A stretch of 64,000 bases of DNA from Nymphaea colorata. Its lineage: Eukaryota. Numbering within the stretch: the stretch's first letter is position 1; every line of letters begins with the position of its first letter. The stretch spans positions 15,624,001-15,688,000 of the forward strand of contig NC_045138.2 in assembly GCF_008831285.2 (NCBI RefSeq), given 5' to 3'. Shown piece after piece: positions 13,725 through 25,833 of the stretch. The position numbers were made by a program, and so were the translations under genes. The notes under the pieces are model-generated. The model was not told the DNA's origin and did not search any database. It saw nothing but the letters and a program-made list of their open reading frames with translations.

Positions 13725-16037
13725 TGAACCATCTAATTGCAAATCGGTTGGATTGATGTGTATGCAATTTGATTATTAGGGATTATATCGGGCTTATATC
13801 TGATCTTTCTGCACTCTAAATGACATGCAGAAACATTTGTTTGACAAAAACTACTTGTATTCTGTCATATCCAGAGAGGTCCATACTCGATCAAAACTGC
13901 ACCGTGGTGATACTTGCAGACCCAGATTCAGGTCCATTCAGATCGACCATACCTGGATCCTATAAAATTTTTGTGGACCGTGCCCATTTCCCACCTGGTA
14001 AAATAACGGAATTTCTTCTTAGATTGAGGAAAGGCTTCAAACCTACAGAAACAGACATCCAGTGTCTTGAGGAAAGGGAATCAGATTCAAGGGGGCTACA
14101 TGCTTAGTTTCTCTTGAATTGATCGAACCTATAACACGAAAAAAATTCAAGAATCCAGTCCCTTGAGGAAGGAAAGCAGATTCAAGAGGAGATATATGCG
14201 TAGTTTACCCTGATTTTATGGATGTTAAAAATTTGAAATGGTTGGTGGCTTAAGCAGAAGCAGCTATGTTTGATTTATTACACAAGGAAACTGCACTTGG
14301 CAGGGCCATAAAACCCCGTGGCAGAACCTCTTCAGATAGCTGATGGCCGTAGAGCTTGCCAGCGCCGCTACGCCATTGAAGCAGCTAATCTAGAACAAAT
14401 GGAAAGAGAAGCAATGACTGAAGTCATGAGTACAAGATTTCATCAACCCCGGTCACAGTCCACATATAATCACAGACCATATTTCCAAGAAATATTTCTG
14501 AGAGCATCTGTTAATATCTCCAGCTCTGTCGCAGTCCATATATGGTCACAGAGCATATTTCCAAGAAATCCTCAGCTAGCTAAGGTGTAGCAATAATTTG
14601 AAATCTTCTGGCTTCTTCCGCTGAATCAGCTTGAGAAAATAATTCAATATACAAGAATAATGTACAAGCACTGAAGGGATGTCTTTTCTTGTTAATATCA
14701 CATTTCTTGCAAAAATTTGCTGCTCCGCTCACAAACAAGATGGTGACAGCCCACAGCATTGCTGAGCATAGGGAAGGGAAGGGAAGGGACGTGAGATCGG
14801 GACACATTTGGATTTGTATACAGGCCACGCGGAGTGGACCAATTGGAAACTCATATCTTGAGAAAGATCAATTCAGGCACTAGATGTGACAGACTGGGGT
14901 GGTGGCTTTTTGATTTTCTCTGTACAAATTTGACGAAAACCATCATCTTTTGATACCTTTTACTTATGAAACCGCAGTTGTCTAGTCAGAGAATTGAAGT
15001 CACTTGCTTTAAAATTAAGTATGCTGATAAGACCCACAGAGGTGCGGGAAAATTTACGACTTTGGTGGACAAGAGAAGCACCGGAGAAATTGGTGTGACG
15101 GACAAAGATGGTGGTGGAAGATTCTGCCAAGCAGGTACCAGAGAAGTTAGTAGCAATGCTTGGAAACTTCCTTTCGGACAAAAAGAGCACACTCTCGATC
15201 GCTTTCTCCTTACCCGATCCTCCGGGTAGAACAAGGAGCCACATGATTCATGAATGGGCTGGATGAATTTGTTGGTCTTCCTGCAACTGACACTAGATGT
15301 GCTAAATCACAGATCATATCATGTCGCGACTTCCGGCAGTCGACCATTTCACGTGAACTTAAAAATTCTTGTCTCCGTCAAAAGGACTGCCGGAGAAATT
15401 GTTACTTTCCCGTCATAAAGCTCATGAGGCTTGTGTGTTTGTTCGATTGCTATGAACCAAGAAACATTGCAAATGATTACAAAATATATAGCCATGAAGC
15501 ATGAAAACGATGGGCTCATCTTGTTTGAAGAAGACGAGCGAGAGGGGACTTCGACCCTTCACAATGCCTTCATGTTCAGGGCATCTAGAAGGGTTGATTC
15601 GCTTTGAGTCAGAGGCAGCCAGGAATTCATCTTTATGGGCTGAACAGTCAACCCTATTTTGTTCAAAATTTTATGGGAAGCCGAAAATTTTTTTTGAAAA
15701 ATTTATTAATTAAATTTTAAATTTTTAGCTGGTGACCCGAGCGTCCCTCAAAAAAAAAAAAACAGTTTTGAACTTAGAATTCCAAGTGCATATCCAACGC
15801 GATACGGTGAAAGACGTTTGTTGGTTAGTTTCGAACCACAAACTTGAAAATCAACTTAAAAAAAACTAGCCATCTGCAACTAATTATAATTCATTGATTT
15901 TTAGTTCAAACTGGGAATAATGCAATATATATTACATCCTAACATCTGCATGACGCTAAAAATCTGAAATTTCTTGGTTGTACATCTTTCTTCTTATTAA
16001 ATGACAAAACATTTTATGAAGATGAGAGAGATGGGAC

Positions 16038-16396
16038 CTATGTCACATGGTGCAGGTACGATACAGGTGCGGGTACAAACACGGTAATCTATAAAAGTTT
16101 GAATACACGGATATGACAAATTTTATATTATAAAAAATGGTAAAATAAAAAAAAACATCAAATTAATAGTTCACTTTTACAGTCTGAAGAAAGTTTGTTT
16201 CATCACAAAAGCGTTGAAAGGATTGTTCATGGAAATAATTGGATGCATCATACAAAAAAAATGACAAAATAAAAAAAAATGTTAAATTAATAGTTTATAT
16301 ATTTGGTGTATCCCACCCATATCCTGTATTCTTATACGCCTGTCTGTGTATTGGATACGGGTACGTGGGCTAAATTCACGTATCCGTGTGACAGAT
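16038..16396. mobile_element. MITE-like element
   Basis: TGTCACATGG at 16041 and CCGTGTGACA at 16384 form inverted termini. GATAC/GGGTAC subterminal repeats, AT-rich core. No clear TSD. Confidence 0.5.
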
Positions 16397-17058
16397 ACGT
16401 TGGGTCAGTCAACTCTCGTGTCCATACGACACCATTTTGGACAGTAGTAACTACTTCTAATTTCCTGTTGTCTTGAGTTTGAGAAAAAACCATAAAATTG
16501 CTCGTGATAACGGAAACATATCTTTCGAACGAAGAAGAAATTTCCTGGCAAATTTCATGATGTTATATCATGCAATTTTGTAAATTACGTTGTTTCCAAT
16601 CCAAACAGGATCTTCAAGTCCACTTTTGCGTGTGCCCCGTAATCTGTTTTTCAATTGTAAATATAATTAAGGGAAAAGCTTGGCAAGTGTCCGAACCACG
16701 CAAAGGCTACAACGGAAGCTCTACTAAGCGACCGAGCCATCGCTTTCCGGCAAGTGAAAGACTTGACTCACTCAAGTCGCCGGCGTCGACACGTGAAAGT
16801 CGCCGGACAGGCTGGGCCTACACGCGCGGACACACGAACACAAACATTATATGTGTGGTAGTTCGGGCACGGGCGTATTGGTTTGAAAACGAACAGATTT
16901 TAGTGATTTGGATGCGTTGGGAGATCAATGCTAATGGTCAGAGTACTTCTTGTTCATAAGAAAATGAATGAATGTATCCCAACCTTTTCAATAGCATAAC
17001 TGGTGAAACTGCAGGTTGGTGACCGTCCAATCATCAGCTCAAATTTTTACCGTACATG

Positions 17059-17233
17059 CAGTGGCGGAGTCAGGACAGTCCAACTTCTGGATTCGGATAG
17101 GGCCAAACTGAATTTAAATCTAAAAAATACATAGAGTGATTAAAAAATAATATTTTTTCATGTAAAAGTTTTTTTTTTTCATTCGTCAAGATGGGGCCAT
17201 GGCCTAGGCGGCCCCCCCCTCCCTCTGCCCCTG
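17059..17233. mobile_element. hAT-type MITE upstream of the NAC gene
   Basis: TIRs CAGTGGCGGAG / CTCTGCCCCTG (9/11). 8-bp TSD CGTACATG (17051-17058) and CGCACATG (17234-17241). Confidence 0.8.
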
Positions 17234-17879
17234 CGCACATGTGTGACACTCTAGTTAACTTTCCTCTGATCCGAAACCCGGCCTGAACTCCAATGACTTT
17301 GAAAAAGAGAGAGGCTTTGGCGTTTTCGAGGTGTCCACCTTTCTCAATTGAGATGCCATTTTAGACATAGCTGGATGGATGTTAGATTTGAATCTGAATC
17401 CAAGTAAGTCAATTTGCTAAGAAAATTCATTTAAATCCAATTAGTATATATATATATATATATATTACTATGTTCGAATGTCAATATTCAATTAGTCGCA
17501 TGGTAATTAGAATCTCATTTTTACATATGATTTCCCCTGAAGTCAAATTTTTTGAAACCGAAACGCGAATTTAGCGTGAGAAACCAAAGTTTAAAAAAAA
17601 AAAAAGGAGGGATTCCCTACCCAATAATGGTTTCTAAATTGAATCCAATGGGGTCTAAGAAACATATGGGGAAACTTCTCAGGTACTCGACTCGAGCAGC
17701 GGAAGACTTAACCCTTAATTTATACGGATCTGGTTTTGGATTCATTTCCTTGAGCCGATAACGCGGCTAAATGGAAATTATAGGGGAGGACGCGGGAAGA
17801 ACCTGACCGGCACACGTACGGATGTTATATATCTATTTATATATACATATGCATCTTCTTTGCGCAAGAATGTTTGTGT

Positions 17880-17910
<31 letters not shown>

Positions 17911-20900
17911 ATGGAAGAGCAGCTGGTCCCGGGATTCAGATTCTACCCAACGGAGGAGGAGCTGGTTGGCTACTACCTACAGCACAAGCTCCTCAATCCT
18001 CTCGATGATCGATTCTCACGCATCATACCTGTCGTTAATATCTACGAGCATGATCCATGGCAGCTTCCAGGTTCCATCTGATCTCTCTCTCTCTCATGCA
18101 TGTTAATGTGAAGCGCTTGTTAAAGAACAGCTCTGAAGTTGAACATACATTAATAGCCTTTCATATAATGATATACTTTGCAACTCAGCAATCTGCAATG
18201 TTAAGCGTTAATTGCAGAGACCAAGAATTTCACTTCCTGAGCTCCAACCACCAAAGGTGGAGAGGAGTTGGTCAGAGGAAATTGTAAGTGGTTTTGAGGC
18301 TCTAGATCCAACTATCTGCTACACCAAGTCTGCATCTTAAGCTATTTCCCAGTGTCTTCCTTGCAAACGAGAAGAGATCTGCTGCTCGTAACGAGTAGTT
18401 TTTCCCTAAAAAACATATGCATACGATGGGCCTCACCATAATTGGCGTGGGACTAATTGAGACTTGAGAGCACGATACTGTGCTGCGGTTGAAAGGGAAC
18501 ATACTCAAACTGCTGCATTCGAGTAATGCAGCCCCTCCCCAGTTCGAGTTTGGACTGAGAAACAAGCCAAGGGAACAGATCCGCTCGTTTTCGGGCTTGT
18601 CTCGAGCTCAGCTTGCTGACCATACTGAAACGACCAGTCAAGCTGGAGCTCAAGCCCACATAACTAGCATGTATGTTGATGAACAAAGATAAGGAGGACT
18701 AGTTAAGATGGAATTTGAAATGTGTTTTGGATAACGTGCAGAAATGGCTGGAGTGTTAAACTGCAGGGAGCCAGATCAGTGGTTCTTCTTCTGCCCGAGG
18801 CAGGAGAGGGAAGCACAAGGAGGAAGGCCCAACAGGATCACCCCCTCTGGATATTGGAAGGCCACAGGGAGCCCTGGCTTTGTCTTCGGCAACAACAGGA
18901 TGATTGGCACCAAGAGAACGCTGGTCTTCTACGAGGGCAGGGCCCCTAGTGGCACCAAGACCAAGTGGAAGATGAACGAGTTCGGTTCTATCTCTCAAGA
19001 ACAGGCAACCACTTCAAACGCTCAGCCGGAAATGGAGGTTAGATCAATTAAACCCCCTTTTCCTTGAAAGTTCTGCCCTACTGTCTGTTCGGGGTCCTGT
19101 TCGACCTCCCCCACAAGAAGTAAGCCTTGCACCTAAAGTATGGGAAAAGAATATCGTGTTTCTGTTTTCCATTTTGTGTTCCATGGAGCTTTCATTTTTA
19201 CGTTTGTTTAATTTCTGTGGTTGGGAGCGCCAAGATCATTTTGGTAGCAAAATATCGTGATAGTCTATTGATTGATTAAGTTGGCATTGTTTTTTAGGTT
19301 TTTCATGTGTTTTATCTTAATTTTCGCATGAAAATTGTTCTTCTCTCAAGTTTCAGTAATTAATTTACATATTTTTGCCTAGGCTACTAGAAATGCAATA
19401 AGGAAAAAGAAAAAAACTAATATCAGTCTGCTGCTGCCAGAAATTAGTGTAGAGAGATTATTGAGGTATTCCAATGTGGGTCAGGCTATGAAAAGGATGG
19501 GTGTCTGGTTCGGCACCACCCTTTACAGGATAATACAGCATCCATGAGATTTCTTCTGTAAACTAATAACACTGTCCCAATCATTGGCTTCAAGATCGGC
19601 CTGGATGAAAAAGCAAATGGTTTTCCTTTAATGATCTGTGCATTTGTCTTCAGGGAAGAAAGCGGCGGTCTAGATAGGCTTCTGCAAAAGCTGATCGTAC
19701 ATGCTTGAAGGGTGGTGCAACCAGCTCCATGAATTCATGCAGTACTTCTACTTACTTCAAGTACCCCAAAGTCTTTTGATGGTTGGCTGTGTATTTTGGG
19801 TCACATGGTAGGACCTATACTTGACTGTTCTTTGTTTCTTGATTGAGTCTTCCCTAAAGAGGAGATTCAACGTTGAGTCAGTACAGAATACTTTCTTCTT
19901 CAATAACAGTAACAAGTTGTTGTTACTGTCCTAGAAATCTGTTCCAAAATCTATAAATCTATCTAGATCTTTGGAGTAGATTCATGAGGCATGAGGCAGT
20001 AACAACTTGTCACTGTTACCAAACATGTTCTTAGAAGCCATTGGGCATTAGGAACGAAATGCAAGTGTCTTATGGATATGAAATACTTGAACAAAAGTTT
20101 CATGAATCTACTTCAATTTTTAAGTAGAACATTCACATATTATTCCTTTTGCCAAACACTTCCTTAGAACTCTTGCATCTTAACTGAGAGATGGGTGGCC
20201 TTTCAAGAACACCAATTTTCTGGCGAGTGATGAAACTGACATAGGAGGTGTAGGAGAGCACCCAGCTATTGTTCTTGAGAATCGGAGGTTTAGAGAGCAC
20301 CCAGCTATTGTTCTTGAGAAAAACATCTTATGCGTTCTTGGCATTATTCCAGCTCTGTCGATCAAATGGAAGGAACAAGCACTCTGTTTTGGAACATACA
20401 TTCTTATCCACCGATCAAATGAGCTCTTAAAGAACATACATAGATAGTCTTAGAGGTAGTTTGGCAGTGGAACACTTGTTGAAAAAAATAAAAATATGAA
20501 ATAAAGGGAAGAAATTTTTGACGTGAAGGCCATCGGCGTTGGAATTCATAGGTCCACACCCGCTTGAAAGGCCTGCTCTTAAATAAAGGAGCTGTTACAA
20601 TTCATGCGGATGGTAACTCCTCTCCTGCCATAAAGGTTTGCCTTTACGATTGATAATTATCCGTATAAGTTCCACCATGATCATCTATTCATTTTTTTCC
20701 CTTCACCTTGTTTGATCCTTGATTTCTTTTATTCAAATTCCCATCCTATGCTTTCTTGACCTTGTCTCATAACCTTATAGTAAATTCATCATTTTGCCAA
20801 ACAACCTATCAAATTACAAGAAGGGGCAGAGGGAAGCGGGGACCCACAGGGGCTGTGGCCCTTTCTCTCTTTTTAGAAAAAAAAAAAAAACTAAATGTAT

Positions 20901-21886
20901 ATTCTTGAAAATTTTTAACCTGGCATATATGTAAAAAAATTGAAAATTATTATTTGGCTCTTGTACAAATTTTGAAAATACTATTTGGCCCCTCTAAAAG
21001 AAAAATCTCTGGCTCCGTCCCTGGTCACAAGAACCCAAAAGTATTATGTATAAGTTATTTAATAAGAAAAACATATACATAAGATTCCGACTTGCAAATC
21101 TGCGAAATGGAGCTTCACTTATCCTCATACAAACACCTGCATGGCAGCACAATCATTTTATAAGTGCTCGCAATCGGCCACCTAAAGTTGACAAGCTTAT
21201 CAACTAAGTGAGGGTGACCGGTTTATTCTTTCATTAATCAAATGATATATATATATAAAATGATTAATGAATTACATTAGAGGCAAAATTTCTAGCTCCG
21301 GTATATCTTCCACAGAAAGAAAGCGATAGCAGCCAACTTGACGTTTGCTTTTACTATATTGTGCCTAAATGCAACTACATGTCTGGCACTTTTCATGGTT
21401 ACACGATTCATCATATGCGCAACATGCAACCAATTTTTCCAAATCAAGATGGAGAAATGAGCCTTGCCTTTGCCCATTCGAAGGGGACATGACCTTGCTC
21501 CCATTTGTCCACATTATGAAAATACCCTTGGTATTAAAAAGGCGACATTTCCCCGGCACTTAGACCAGTTGGTTTGACTTATAGATATTCAAAACATGCG
21601 AAAAAGGCATGGATGTGTACTTTGAACAACTTTCCACCAGTTAATTTGATCTTTTTGGAGAAAATGACTTATATATATAAAATTCTTCGGTATGTATTTT
21701 ATTTATTTTTCAAGCCAAATTAAGACTTTAACATTTTTATTTCTACTTGTGACATTGCAGACTCAGCGGGATGAATTTTGTCTGTGCCGAATATACGTGA
21801 ATTCGGGATGCATGAGGGCCTTTGATCGTCGACCTCTCGTCAATGATTTCGCTCATGATGCTGGTGCTGCAGCAGGCGATGCATGA
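17911..21886 (+). CDS. NAC-domain transcription factor (NAC90/NAC61-like), 3 exons, about 193 aa
   Basis: Exons 17911-18070, 18742-19037 and 21761-21886 (an alternative acceptor ending at 21766 is possible). Motifs [55 protein letters not shown] and EFCLCRIY...RAFDRRP. Confidence 0.92.
19903..20019. mobile_element. Palindromic Tourist-like MITE in NAC intron 2
   Basis: TAACAGTAACAAGTTGTTGTTACTG is inverted against CAGTAACAACTTGTCACTGTTA and is followed by a CCAAACA terminus. Confidence 0.6.
20454..20807. mobile_element. Tourist/PIF-like MITE in NAC intron 2
   Basis: TIRs AGGTAGTTTGGCA / TGCCAAACAACCT (12/13). Confidence 0.6.
20821..21023. mobile_element. hAT-type MITE in NAC intron 2 (same family as 17059-17233)
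   Basis: TIRs AAGGGGCAGAG / CTCCGTCCCTG. Degenerate 8-bp TSD ATTACAAG / GTCACAAG. Confidence 0.7.
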
Positions 21887-22787
21887 AAATGAAGCGATCA
21901 CTCAAATATTGTTGAAGAACTTGGCATATGAACAAAGTTCAATATCAAGCTTGATATGCAAAACCCAAAGCCGATACGCGCATGCATGCATATCAGTGTG
22001 TGTTCGTATATATAATGTATGTGTGTTTGTGTTTGTGTGTGCGTGAGAGAGAGAGCGAGAGAGAGAGCTATTATGCTTGTTATTAGAAGATAATTAATGC
22101 CCAATAAATATAACTTTCCAGACAGGTCTTGGAGTTCTATAGTTCATTTCCCTTTGTTGTTTTGTTGTTGAATAGAAATTGGTATGCAGATAATTTAGAT
22201 ACACATGACATGATATAATTATAAGTTCTACTGATGGACATTCCTCTCTTTCTGCTAAAAACACTTTAGAGGACAAAGAAAAGAATATGATACAAGAAAC
22301 TCCATATAATTAAGGGCATAACTATGGCTTTCATTAATTGTGAAGGCAAAGGGACTTGTATAAGAGAAAAAAAAGTTGGAGACCATCTCACGGAGTATAT
22401 CCACCAGCTACTATATATAGGCTTCATTTTGCATGATCATAAATTAAATATTGTTGTAGCATTTAAAATTATGAAACTTTTAGAGGCATGGCTAAACAAG
22501 ATATATTTTTCTAAGGACCCAGAATGTGTATATATGTTTTGTCTTTCATATCCACTTGTATATATTCATACCACAACTGATCGAGAGGACCTGATCGGAT
22601 CATGACCCTTGACTCAATTAGAGACCTTTCATGGGGCTCCGTTGTGATAAACTTCGACAAAATTTGGCAACCAGGTGTTTTCCAAAGAGAAAAATCCAAA
22701 CACCTGTCTTTCATACAGCAACCTTTCGAGGCTTTTCCAAAACAAAACACGGGGTGGACCATCTTCAACTGCAACAGCAGAAACAAC

Positions 22788-22984
22788 TAGGGGTAGAGCG
22801 AGAATTTTTTTTCAGGGACGGGCCAAACGGTCCAACGAACTTTTTCAGGTAGGACCAAACTAAATCTGAATCCAAAATATACATTACGCAACAAAATTTT
22901 TTTAATTTTTTTAATGTAACTTTTTTTTTTTCAATTAATTGGGGTGGGACCATGGCCTAGGTGGGCCCCTCTGAAAACGGCCAT
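22788..22984. mobile_element. Degenerate hAT-type MITE of the same family
   Basis: Begins TAGGGGTAGAGCGAGAATTTTTTTT...GGGCCAAA and shares CCATGGCCTAGG with the 17059 copy. Right end eroded. Confidence 0.5.
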
Positions 22985-23184
22985 CTTTCTAAAAGTTTTT
23001 CCTTTTTATTTCAATGAGTGTATTTTGATCATTGCATACACTTTTAGTGCACAGGGCTATGCACTTAACCAGTTTGGGTTATTAGGATGTCTTGAGCCCA
23101 AACATGATTTGTGCTGTGGTCTTTACGTTATTATGGATGAATATATGCATTATCTAAGAGGTATGATATATTCATGGTTTCATG

Positions 23185-23186
<2 letters not shown>

Positions 23187-23270
<84 letters not shown>
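23187..23270. repeat. (AT)n microsatellite
   Basis: Pure AT run; it produces spurious YIYI ORFs. Confidence 0.95.
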
Positions 23271-23275
<5 letters not shown>

Positions 23276-24527
23276 TAATTTTTGGATTTTTTCATTTGGG
23301 GTTTGGACAAAGAAATCCTCTAGCCTCCGATCCGATAGTATGTTACTCCCATCTAAAGCAGCGCTCAAAATGACCTAAAGATTTCAGCTTCTATATATAA
23401 ACATATATAGCTGGTTTTTATCCGAGATCGAAAATTGAATGATGACTTTATCTATCCAGAGCTACCTAGTTTATTCCTATGAAACTTTTAAATCCATCGT
23501 CATAGATAGATAATTGAGAGAAAAAGATGATGAGTGTTTTCGTGACTTTGTCATTTAGTGTTTGTTGAGAATTTTTTTTTTGAACCGTGTAAAAAAAAGG
23601 TCCATATGGACAGCCTGCTCCCTGTGAGGAAACCGGCATGAGCACCAACTTGCCATTCAATTGCTAGGAAAGAGCTCACTCAGAACCTGGTTCTGTGTGC
23701 CCAGAGCTTCAAAGTCTTTAATTTGTCTCCCATTGCAATTGCTTTTCCGAATGTGACGCTAAATTCAATGGATCATACACCACTTTTGTGAATTAAATTT
23801 CATTCCGCTGGAGATATGTTTGCTTAAGAAATCATAAAAATATATGCTCTGGACGCCTAAACAGCAATAGCCACCGACAAATGTAATTGTCAGCTGGGCC
23901 ATATTTTTATGACCATTTTCCAAGAATGATTCACCTGCCATCCATATCATAAAAATATATGTTATGGAGTTTAGATTGTGAATTGTGATTCACCTACCAT
24001 CCAGTGTAGTCGAATGTTTGATGCGTTTTCTTGAATACCTAACTAATCAATAGACAAATATAAAAAGAAACCATAAAAATTTTAATGTCAACTACTTGGT
24101 AATTCGTTTGTGCAAAACTATTTTACGATATAGTGATCAAATAATTGAATTATTGCATACTTATACTTCATGCGTATGTGTGTGGGAGAGGACTATATGG
24201 GCAGATTTATTTGCTGTTCGATCAACTTGATTGATGTTTTATATAAATATTTCACATGAAAAAAAAAAAAACTAGAAAAAGAGAGCAAAATTTTTCATTT
24301 GTTGATTTGGACGTAATTTTGCACGCGGAGCTTTGTTAACCATCAATGGAGCTGATCATTAAACAATTCATGGCTCATCCCTAAAGTCTTTGTATTAACT
24401 CACTCGACATATTCCATGGACCCTACAATTTATACAACCGATTGGATTGCATGTGCATGCCATGGTTGGTGGACTACAAGAAGCTAGAGTAAGATGCATA
24501 TTATCACATGAATTTTCTCAAATCAGA

Positions 24528-25070
24528 CTGTCAAAAATATTGGGAAACTTACAAAGAGGGCTTTTAAGTGATTAGTTGTCTTGGTTTCTAGCCTTTTAGA
24601 TTTGAACCGGATTGGCTAAAAGCAGGTTGGGATCCGCCACACTGAAGGCTCTAGCTTGGTGAGGAAGTGTGTCATGTTGTTACAATGGTCAACAGTCAAA
24701 CCTTGGGTTCTATATGCATAGATGTAGGTGCCTTGAGAGGGAAGAATTGTAACACCCCAAAAGTTTAGTCTTATATTTAATATTGTAAAAAATTTTGGAG
24801 AACTTACAAAAAGAGTTGTTAAGTGATTGATTATCTTGATTTGCAACATTATTTTTGGGCTGAAACCAAAGATATAAGTGGGTGGGTTAGGATTCACCAT
24901 ATGGGAGATCTCAACCTAGAAGTGAACCAAGTTGTTATAGTGGTATCAGAAGCAGTTCAACATTTGGAGTTGTAGTCCAATATACTGTTCTACATAGATG
25001 CATGTGCTTTAACCTTAGTGGATCGTAATACCTTAAAAGTTTAGCCTCATATTTAATAGTGTAAAAAATA
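24528..25070 (+). mobile_element. Tandem TRIM-like miniature LTR retroelement (2-3 LTR copies)
   Basis: LTR ends GTTGTTACA (24684) and GTTGTTATA (24939). PBS-like TGGTATCAGA at 24941. PPT-like GAGAGGGAAGAA directly before TGTAACACCCC (24748). A third LTR start CGTAATACC at 25024 shares AAAAGTTTAG.CT.ATATTTAATA.TGTAAAAAA. Confidence 0.65.
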
Positions 25071-25697
25071 TTAACCTTTGTAAGTTAGAATTGAAGCTGA
25101 AGCTGAAGGGAACGGGCTGGGTTCGGGCGAGGGGCCAAGCTGAGTAGGAGTGGGCCAGGTTGTTGCACAAATGACTCTAGATTCGCTCCCTAATTTTTTT
25201 TTTATTCCTTGGAAAATGGTGGAAGACTGAAGTCCTGACCTTTGAAAAATAATGGAAGACTTGGTGTGGTCCAGTAGCCATCCGCTGTGGAAGTACAGAC
25301 CACTGATGGCCCACGTTTAGACCGGAGTCTTGGATTGTTGCCACAGTCATTTCCTAGTTAACAGGACCATGACACATGGGCGGGGTCGCTCCTTTTAAAA
25401 GCATGCAACTCAAAGTAACATAATGACAAGATTGAGATTTGATCCAGGGTCTTCATGCCCTTCAAATTCTGCTCGTGCCATTTTGTTGATTACTCTTTTC
25501 GATCGATGACTTGTTTCATTGGAACAGGAAGCGATGATGAACCTCATTGTATTATATGCTTTTTTTTTTTTTTTACTTTAGAAAAGGTGTCTGAAAAATA
25601 TGTTTATCCTTACCAGAGAAACAATTTATATTCAAGGCAATTGGCACAATGGGATGCGCCTTGGCTCCGTTGTGGACATTTTCTGATAAGTGATTCT

Positions 25698-25833
25698 TGA
25701 GGGGCCTTTGGTTGCTGTAATGATTTGTTATTGTTCCATGATTCATGAAATGCTATAATAGAATGCTTCATTAATTTGTTAGAATATGTTCGTGGAACAG
25801 TAACAAACTGTTCCGTTGTCAAACGTCCTCTCA
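25698..25833. mobile_element. Tourist-like MITE
   Basis: GAGGGGCCTTTGG...ATTTGTTATTGTTCCATGA is inverted against TCGTGGAACAGTAACAAAC...TCAAACGTCCTC. Confidence 0.6.

Noticed and set aside
14960..15560. Coding-like composition with several overlapping ORFs
   Set aside because: Interrupted by stop codons and not assignable to a family; at most a pseudogene fragment.
22944..23378. ORFs with YIYI repeats (also 29905-30270)
   Set aside because: Translations of (AT)n microsatellites.
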